Positions 50,201 to 58,730 of a stretch of 64,000 nucleotides of DNA are shown piece after piece (position 1 is the first letter of the stretch; every line of letters begins with the position of its first letter). The position numbers were made by a program, and so were the translations under genes. The DNA is from Chlorokybus atmophyticus (taxonomy: Eukaryota > Plantae > Mesostigma and Chlorokybus algae): positions 1,212,629 through 1,276,628 of the forward strand of contig RHPI01002048.1 of the NCBI GenBank assembly GCA_009103225.1. Reading direction: 5' to 3'. The notes beneath the pieces were generated by a model, which was given only the letters and a program-made list of their open reading frames with translations, did not search any database and was not told where the DNA came from.

Positions 50201-52100
50201 ACCTTTGTGCGGATCTTTGAACGGGCTCATCCCGTCGATGAACATCGCTAGGCGCACATTGCGTGGTTCTTTGGCAAACCGGCTGTAGCGTTGTTCAGTG
50301 TCCTTGAACATTGGCGAATCTGACAGCAGCAAGTACACCAAGGGCTTACGACCAACTGCCCCAGCCCCACAGCACATTTAAACATGCATATAATCGCAAG
50401 GCTGGATACTGAGGTCTTACAAACCGCCCCAGCACCTCGCCGACACACAAACAAACACAGGCAAGGACACCGAGGTCTTACATGCCGCCTCAGCGCCACG
50501 CCAACACACAAACAAACATAGGCAAGGACACCGAGGTCTTACATGCCGCCTCAGCGCCACGCACACAAAAGCACAAGGCACGGACACTGAGGGCTTACAT
50601 TGGACTGCCCCAGCCGCTCACCAACACAATTATGCACACAGTCGTGCCTCATTTACCACTGAACTTGGCAATGTTACCGTGTATAGATCGCATAATCCCA
50701 TCCTGACTTCGATTTGTGTACGCCATCATCTCCGCAGCAACACTAGGTTCTAGGTACAGAGCCCTCAGCGCAGCAGGCACGTAAAAGTAACGCCCAATCT
50801 TCCATGCAACTTGTTTACCTCCTATGTTGCGGTAGCGAGGGGCCTTGCAGACTGCATAAGCAAGTCGTATGCTGATGGTACATGCTAATTAAATCCCATT
50901 GTAGTGAACATTTGCAACAATTGCTCACCTTTGCAAAGTATCCTGTTGGCATGTCGGCCACAATACAATATGTGATCACAGCGACAGGCATCGTATGTGT
51001 GGAAGCCCATGTTGAGGCCTTCAAGGCATTTCAATAGCTCATGCGTGCTGCCTGGCATCTTATTCACCTTAGGCAAGAGGATGCCACGCAACAACCGGCA
51101 CACAGTTCTGAACAGGCTGATGTTTCAGCAGTCAGCAGTATTATTTGCCCACCAACCTGAGCAATTTATTCATGAAATTGAAGGGTATTCGATGTAGCTG
51201 CGGCAGAACCAATAGCAGCATGGAAATGCCTAGAGGGGTTGTACGAGAGCCGAAAACAACAGGGTTGCTTGCATTATCCAGCAACGCAGCATTCACCTTG
51301 TCAAGTAGCATGGCATCATCAACGCATTTAGCCTCGTCCGGCTGCGATTCCACATCGGTTTCATAGTCTTGGTCTTCACCGGCAACATCACCTTGCTCCG
51401 CATCACCTTGCCCCGAATTGACTTGCTCAGCAGTGGAGGTGCAGTGCACTGGTGTCTCAGGCTCTACTTGTCCATCTGTGGATTTGGTTCTGGCACCTTA
51501 ATGCTCCTGCAATGTAGCATTCTCAATTCCACAAAATGCTGGGTGAGATTCGCGTTGTTCTCCATAAGCACATTGTCTTTCATGAGCACACGGATTACAA
51601 CCTGCCAGCTGCAATGAGTCTAGTGGCACATGAACAATGAGAGGCACATGAACAATGAGAGGCACAGCATCAGCAATGTCAACATGCCACGCAAGTCAGG
51701 TCGTACCTGCTGGTTGCAAGTTTGCTGCAACATTGAAAGGAGATTCAACACTCGGTTGCGACGGCGTGCCTGTGTCAACATGTTCAGTAGCGTCGTTCCC
51801 AACTAGCTTGATTGTTCGGTGTCATGGAGAGCTTCACCTGGGGCAGGCCAGATTAATGATCAGACAGCCTGTTGTATAGATTCACAGCTGTAGAGAAGTT
51901 GCTCTTGTACCTGACGACATGTGTAAGGATGCAGCAGCAACAGCAGCATCAACTTCTTCAAGTTCATGGGGTTGTAGTCGATCACGGTATTCAGGAGCAA
52001 CAGCTTCTGGAGTGCCACACCACATGTTTTTGCCAAAGTTTTCATAATATTTAGCCCTTTAATTGTGGTTGTGTGTGAACACTTTGCTCCCTTTGCAGTC
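47270..52100 (-). pseudogene. CACTA transposase (TnpD/Tnp2, DUF4218- and DUF4216-like regions), multi-exon and disabled; 5' limit approximate
   Basis: FHTYDACRCDHILY; RNVRLAMFIDGMSPF; VIPGPKQP; YQGHCRYLPDDHPYR; LPYW; MLHLLGHL...WAHERFM...VEASI; DCGV...WYGRV. Confidence 0.92.
50340..50630. repeat. Intronic minisatellite, unit about 60 bp, about 5 diverged copies
   Basis: ggacac(c/t)gaggtcttaca...cagcgccacg recurs at about 60-bp spacing. Confidence 0.85.
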
Positions 52101-52591
52101 ACGGCAAAAACACCTGCGAAAGTAGCTCAGCTGCTACTAACATCAAAAGCAGTCAGCCAACATACTGCAAGCAACTTCCAATCAACTTCCATACAGCCAA
52201 AGCAAAGACCTGCAGGCACGCTGCCGCCGCTGACACCGCCGCCGTCGCCGCCGTCGTGACTGCCTACCGTAAACTAGGGTTTAGGAGACATCCAATCCCG
52301 ATTCAAAACAAGCTGGAAAGTCAATCCGGATATGCTCCACAGTTTGCGTACGTGCTCCTTTGCTTCTTCCGTCCAGTGCATTAGCTTCTAGGGTTGGTGT
52401 GCCAGGTAGCGTGGCGCCAGCATGCGCGGCATCAAAGTGTGTAGCTTCTGCAAAGCATACTTGGTTAGGAATGGCAACAACAGACGTCTGCAATAGCATG
52501 AAGAGAAGTGCAAGCTGTACAGTGAGCAGTATGGCTTCTATGAAGCCTGCTGGCACCACAAGGCAAGGGGGGACAATGTGAGGCAATGCAG

Positions 52592-54045
52592 ACTGCTGGC
52601 ACAATGCATGAGGTCAGATTTCTTTGGGAGGAGTGCACTTGCCAGCAGTGCTCGCTTTCCAAGTTTGAGTGCGACGGCGAGCCCATGAATCACCTGCCTT
52701 GAGCACGGCCTGGAGCGTATCACGATGGGCAGATGTGCAATGTGGTTCGACGTCAGCTCGTGCGCAACGGTCGCGGCAAGTCCACTGTAATCGAAGACGA
52801 TGTCAACAATAGGGTGAGTTGAACTGTCCTTGCAAACAGCAAAACAGCGCTTGCATGCATGACCAACTTACTCTTGATTGCCAAAGGGGAACGCGGTTGT
52901 CAACGATGTCGCGACATTGGCTGCTTGGCGGAAGGAGATTGTTAATGAGGGGCAGTCTTTGGTAGCATGCCGCGGTGTGGTGTACTGGCCAGGAATGAGC
53001 TTATGGTATGCAGGCCACATCATCACTTTTTATGCCAACACAGGTATACTGCAAAGTATTAACATGCGCACGCTCATGCAAGCACCGGCTCAGGCAAACA
53101 TGTGGCTCAGGAAAACATACCATCAAGTACGACGATTTCGTTGAGGACCCATAGCTGCACCACATCTTGATAAAGAACTAAAACATGGCAGCTGTGCGCG
53201 AGGGTTACGACGTAATGGTACGTGTTGGTGGTCAAAGCTGTCTGAAACTGCAAGACTTGCCTGGTCGAGAGCTCGATCGGTGGCCCAAGCCCCCACCCCT
53301 TCTGATCACACGCACACCAATAGACTCAAACGGAAGACGTTGCAGGCCGCGCGCACTGGATCTCTTTTGCGGCGCTGGTGGTGTAGCCATGGGTCTGTAC
53401 ATGGCAGGGTTTGATGTTGAGGGCATCGACAACAAGCCACAACCATCATACCCATTCAAGTTCTGCCAGATGGATGCAATGGACGCTGACCCGACAGCAT
53501 ACGCTACGATGTGGGCAAGTCCTCCATGTCAAGCTCTAAGTGGGGCCATTCCCACTACACAGCGCTCCGCGTACGGCAATCGATGGGAGCACGTCAACCT
53601 GATTGACCCCATAAGAGCCAAGTTGTAGTTGAGCGGCAAGGCATGGGTGATAGAGAATGTCGCAGGCGCATCAGGACACATGACAACTCACCTGAAGCTG
53701 TGTGGCACCATGTTCAAGTTGGATGTGTATCGTCATCGCATCTTTGAGACAAACCCTCCACTGCACTCAGACTTGAAATGCAACCACACTGGTTGTGCAC
53801 TTGGAGAGCTGGCCACCCACCCGGAGCAGCGCCGGCAGTTGCTACCTGGGGAGAGGCAAATTTACCCGGTGTACGGCCAAGCATCTTGCCGTGGCACCAT
53901 TGCAGGGTGGCGGTCTGCCATGCAGGTGGAGTGGATGGATGCGGAATCGGAAGTCAAGAATGCCATTCCACCAACTTACTCTGATGTAGGCAGGCTGTTG
54001 CTGGAAGCAATAGGCTTCACTGTTGATCACCCTCCTTTTTACTGA
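52592..54045 (+). pseudogene. Spliced gene: Cys-cluster exon, Tudor domain, C5 cytosine DNA methyltransferase; four in-frame stops; 5' limit uncertain
   Basis: Introns 52814-52886 (GTGAGT...AAG) and 53044-53110 (GTATAC...CAG) join the exons in frame. Tudor: LVACRGVVYWPGMSLWYAGHIITFYANT|GKHTIKYDD. MTase motifs: LDLFCGAGG, ASPPCQ, VIENV, RHRIFET, NAIPPTY. Confidence 0.82.
53185..54045 (+). pseudogene. Prokaryote/phage-type C5 DNA methyltransferase domain, intronless, one internal TAG at 53626-53628
   Basis: ORFs 53185-53628 and 53629-54045 share a frame. Motif I FCGAGG (about 53365), IV PPC (53521-53529), VI ENV (53653), VIII RHR, C-terminal AIPP. Confidence 0.93.
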
Positions 54046-54512
54046 AAGGTAGAGGTAGCTCTTGATTGCTGGCCACTTTGTTAGCCTGAACTTAAACCCA
54101 ACAACAGAATGAGCGACCCGATAAAGTCAGCAAGAGGTCTTAATCACGAGGATGCCTCTGTTTGCCAGCACGGGAAAGACTGACCTGCTGGGCAGGGTCT
54201 CTTTCAGAGCACCTTCATGCCCAATTGCGCCGTCCGCCCACCCGAGACTAGACCTCCTGCGGGTTCACTGCGAACGCAGGGTATGGTCCAATTAAAGCTG
54301 ACTCGCGAATGTCATGAACCAGAGGCTCTGAGCGTGTGCACAAAGTCTACAGTACGTCGCTGACTTGCGCGAGACGGCTCTGCAGGACCACATCCTGCGT
54401 TCGCAGTAAACCCGCACGAGGTTTTGTGTCGGGTGGGTGGGCGGAGAAGGAGAATTTCTAGGTTGCTGTGCGCATGCGTTTAGTTGCGTGCAATCTTTGG
54501 ACACATGCCGGT

Positions 54513-55203
54513 TTCAGCGGTTGCCGGGGCCAGTACGAGGGCGGCATGTCAACAGCAGCAAGAGGTGTTCTCTCGGGTGGGTGGGGGGAGAAGGACTGCC
54601 AGCCTGAGTTGCCATATCACAAACAGCAACCCAACCCCAGCGGCAGGTACAACCGCCGTCCATTCAAAAGCCCTGGAGCAGATCGCGACCAACAAGTTCC
54701 CAGCAGAGGCTGGAGGTGGTTGAGAAGGTGAAATGCAATCACAGTTAGTATATGCACAAGAGCGATGCATACCTTTTGACTTACTGCGGACTTCTGTTAC
54801 CACCTCCACTCTACAAGTGTTGTCACACTTACCTGTGCGCCGTGACTGCATACAAGCGGTTCAGCGGTTGCCGGGGCCAGTACGAGGGCGGCATGTCAAC
54901 AGCAGCAAGAGGTGTTCTCTCGGGTGGGTGGGGGGAGAAGGACTGCCAGCCTGAGTTGCCATATCACAAACAGCAACCCAACCCCAGCGGCAGGTACAAC
55001 CGCCGTCCATTCAAAAGCCCTGGAGCAGATCGCGACCAACAAGTTCCATGCAGAGGCTGGAGGTGGTTGAGAAGGTGAAATGCAATCACAGTTAGTATAT
55101 GCACAAGAGCGATGCATACCTTTTGACTTACTGCGGACTTCTGTTACCACCTCCACTCTACAAGTGCTGTCACACTTACCTGTGCGCCGTGACTGCATAC
55201 AAA
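54513..55203. repeat. Near-perfect tandem duplication, 347-bp unit
   Basis: ttcagcggttgccggggccag starts at 54513 and 54860; ORF ends are offset by 347. Confidence 0.95.
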
Positions 55204-56106
55204 CAGCAGCCAGCAAGGCTCCCAAGGCAGTGCGTTCGCAGTGAACCCGCGTGCAGTCGGGATGATCCTAAGCATACAAGGACATGCAGATGTGGGTGAT
55301 TGTATTTTGCTGCAATCCTTCAACACACACAGACAGGCAGCTAAAGCTACCACACTGGTTGTATACTCTGCCAACCTTACACACCCCATGTCCAAGGCTG
55401 AGTCACCATATCCGCTGACATGTACACCTCGGGATTGCACAAAGATCTCGGAATTGTACTTCCTCTACCCTGTACAAAGACCACGAGATTGTCTTTCCGC
55501 TATCCTGTCATGTCAAGCTCCTGTCATGTCACCTGGAAGAACACCTCCACTTCCTGTTGGTTAGCAGCGAAAGCAGGTGGCACAGGCAAGAAGGGGGCAA
55601 GAAAGTGAGCAAGAAGGGGGCTTAATCACAGGGTGATGCCCCTACGCTCTGCATACAAAGACAGAATGAGCAAGCAGAGGGCTTATTCACGAGGATGCCT
55701 CTGCATTCAGCATGAGCTCAAACCCGAATCGGGAATGAGAAAACAGAGGGCTAAATCTAGAAGATGCCTCTATGTTCAGCTTGAATTAATATATACACTT
55801 ACACATGAGGTTGGCCATACGCTGCGCGAACGATAGATGTTCGTTCTTGACAAGCTCTCTAATTCTGCACAGGCATGGTGAGGTAGCAGAGGCTCCTGCA
55901 AACACAACAGCAGCAGATGTTAACGAGAGCAATACTTGCAACTTTTGCTATTGTACAAGCAGTGTCCATGCGTGTTCCAACCTGCAAAGCTGGTAGTCGT
56001 GAAGTGAACAACCTCGAGGTTGCTGATACAGCTACCTCTGCTGCTGCGGCTGCTGCTGTATTTCCTTCTGCTCCCGCTGCTGCTTTCGCTGCTCCTTTCC
56101 CTGCTG

Positions 56107-57310
56107 AGCCATTCGCTTTATCATTTGGCGCTCCTCCTTCTGCCGCTTCAGCTGCTTACGCAGCTACTCCTGCTGCTCAAGGGTCTCCTGTGCAGCTATC
56201 ATCTCCTGCTCACGCTGATATGCGGCTCGATGTGCCAGCTTCTTGCCCTCCCGACGACTGGTGATTTGTTCCAGTTGTTCCAATTTCTGCAACCTGCTTG
56301 GCCTTGCTTTGCCGAACTCAAACTTTGAACGATCTAGGAGGTGTGCTTGCTGTTTAACAAGCAAGGTCCAATTATAATCTTTGGCAGCCGACACAAGCAA
56401 ATCGAACTGATCAGCATTCCAATCTTGGTTGCAAGAACCCTTGGGCACGCCAATGCGCACTACTTTCCTGAGACCTTAGAGAAACAGTTGTAGTACAAGG
56501 GCCTTAGGCTCCAGCTCAACGCAGGTGTTTGCCACCCCGCACAATTGTGCAAATGCGCGTGAGATTCGTCCACGGTGCGCTCCCCCTGTTGCAAACGATG
56601 CAGCTTCTGGAAAGCACCGGAAGGCGTGTTGTCCCTTTGCAAAGCAGCTCGCTGTTGGCGGCTGGAAAGTTTGCACGTAACTTTCAATGGGCTCACACAA
56701 ACTTTGCCTTTTGCAAATGCTTGCTTCCACATGCTGCTCCTTTCCTTGCCGAGCCATTCGCTTTATCATTTGACGCTCCTCCTTCTTCTACCGCTTCAGC
56801 TGCTTACGCAGCTGCTCCTGCTGCTCAAGGGTCTCCTGTGCAGCTATCGTCTCCTGCTCACGCTGATATACAGCTTGATGTGCCAGCTTCTTGCCCTCCC
56901 GACGACTGGTAATTTATTCCAGTCATTCCAATTTTTGCAACCTGCTTGGCCTTGCTTTGCCGAACTCAAACTTGAAACGATCTAGGAGGTGTGCTTGCTG
57001 TTTAACAAGCAAGGTCCGTTTATAATCTTTGGCAGCCGACACAAGCAAATCAAACTGATCAGCATTCCAATCTTGGTTGCAAGGACCCTTGGGCACGCCA
57101 ATGCGCACTACTTTCCTGAGTCCTTGAAGAAACAGTTGTAGGTTAAGGGCCTTAGGCACCAGCTCAACGCAGGTGTTTGCCACCTCGCACAATTGTGCAA
57201 ACCGCGCATGATATTCGTCCACGGTGCGCTCCCCCTGTTGCACACGATGCAGCTTCTGGAAAGCATCGGAAGGCGTGTTGTCCCTTTGCAAAGCAGCTCG
57301 CTGTTGGCGG
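56107..57310. repeat. Direct duplication of about 560 bp (period about 644) with a 74-bp transposase-derived filler at the junction
   Basis: gagccattcgctttatcattt at about 56107 and 56751; 56664-56737 matches 48299-48372. Confidence 0.9.
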
Positions 57311-58730
57311 CGTGACGGGCGGCGTCTGCGTTTCTTTGTGTCACTGGTGTCACTGGTGGCTGCGGTGCTGATGTCAATTGACATATCACTGATAGCATCA
57401 GCCTCCTCCTCAACAGCGGCATCGACCTGCATAGCGCCAGGCTCCTGCTGGCTCCTGGCCTCAGCCTCCTGCCTTTGCTGGTCTTTAGCCTCGTTGGCCT
57501 CGTAGCTTCGTAGCCTTGTAGCCTCGTTGGCCTTGGCCTCCTCCTGTTGCTGCTTGGCCTCGGCCTTCAGCCTCTGCTTGGCCTTGGCATTGGCCTCATC
57601 CTGCTTGGCCTTGGCCTCCGCCTCCTGCCTCTGCTTGGCCTCGGCCTCCTCCTGCCGCTGCTTGGCATTGTCCTCATGCAGCTTGGCCTTGGCCTCCGCC
57701 TCCTGCCGCTGCTTGGCATTGTCCTCATCCAGCTTGGCCTTGGCCTCCGCCTCCTGCCGCTGCTTGGCCTCGACCTCCTCCTGCTTGGCCTTGGCTTCCG
57801 CCTCCTGCCTCTGCTTGGCCTCGGCCTCCTGCTTCTGCTTGGCCTTGGCCTCCTGCTTCTTGTGTTGCTCCTTGGCATTGGCGTCATCTTGCTTGGCCTT
57901 GGCCTTGGCATCCACTGGTCTCAGCATCCACTTTTGTGCCATACAGACCTTGGCCTGTGTCTTAACTTTCTGCTTGGGGGCCGCCTCGGCTTTCTGATGA
58001 GCCTCCGCATCAGCTTGCTGCTTGGCCTCGGCACCAGCTTGCTGCTTGGGCTGGGGCTGGGGCTGCGGCTCGGGCTGGGGCTGGGCTTGCTGCTGGGGCT
58101 GGGGCTGGGGCTGGGGCTCGGCATCTGCAGGATACATGCAGCGCAGAACTTCTGGTGGCATGTCGATGCGCTGCCAAGAGAGTATACCATTTGCATCACC
58201 AACAGACATGTAATGCGCGCTGGGCTTGCTTAGATCCGTGTTGCCAATGATTATATGGCCAGCCACATCGATAACATCCTCGCCAATCACCACTACAGGT
58301 TTGACGGAATGCTTCCCTCCCTTGGCATCCACTGTGTAGTACCTCCCGTCATCGCCTTTGATGAGGCCGCCCTTGTGCTCTGCTTCCCAGCAGTACTGCT
58401 TCTCGTCGGCAACCTCAGTGAGCTGCACAGTACCGATGTGAATACCAAGAGCGTGTGCCATGATCGCCATTTGCAGTTGATCGGCATAAACGCTCTCTTC
58501 AGCGATCACTTTCTGCAGAGCCTCCACAGCGTTGTCTTCATCTTAGTTAGTCATGAGTTGCTTTTTGTCGAGTGCCCTGGTTACGCCATATTTCCTGGCC
58601 ATCTTTTTGTAATCCTGGCCCATGTCACCACAGGCCCCGTAGTTGCAATACTACAGCAACCAATAAAGGTTGACCTGCTCAGCACAGATCTTCCGAAGCT
58701 TTTGCGCTTGCTCTTTTGTTGGCAGTTGTT
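56923..58730 (-). pseudogene. OTU-like protease region, PQ linker, EAKAKQ coiled coil and Ty3 gag-like domain; 5' end cut by copia element 2
   Basis: LRKICAEQV; YADQLQMAIMAHALGIHI; AHYMSV; FQKLHRVQQGERTVDEYHARFAQL...LFLQGLRKVVR. 534-aa ORF plus in-frame upstream sequence containing two stops. Confidence 0.55.

Larger units (their letters stand above)
44307..58730 (-). mobile_element. Large CACTA/EnSpm-like DNA transposon with cargo genes; right end not in the window
   Basis: Begins CACCGGTCATTTTGAGACCCCC exactly where the copia-3 gag breaks; subterminal GAGTGAA-type repeats; CACTA transposase motifs at 47270-51450. The extent past the transposase is inferred. Confidence 0.7.

Noticed and set aside
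52400-52700. Upstream Cys-rich exon (GTMHEVRF…CTCQQC) as the C-terminus of a second DDE transposase
   Set aside because: The resemblance is weak and no catalytic motifs could be read upstream; left as an unassigned Cys cluster.
53185-54045. Methyltransferase as bacterial or phage contamination
   Set aside because: It is in frame with intron-containing upstream exons and embedded in continuous eukaryotic TE sequence with no gap at either side. Read-level confirmation is still advisable.
57527-58233. Long plus-strand ORFs (Leu/Gly-rich, Ala/Ser/Cys-rich) and minus-strand Arg/Pro-rich ORFs
   Set aside because: Shadow frames of the repetitive coiled-coil coding sequence.
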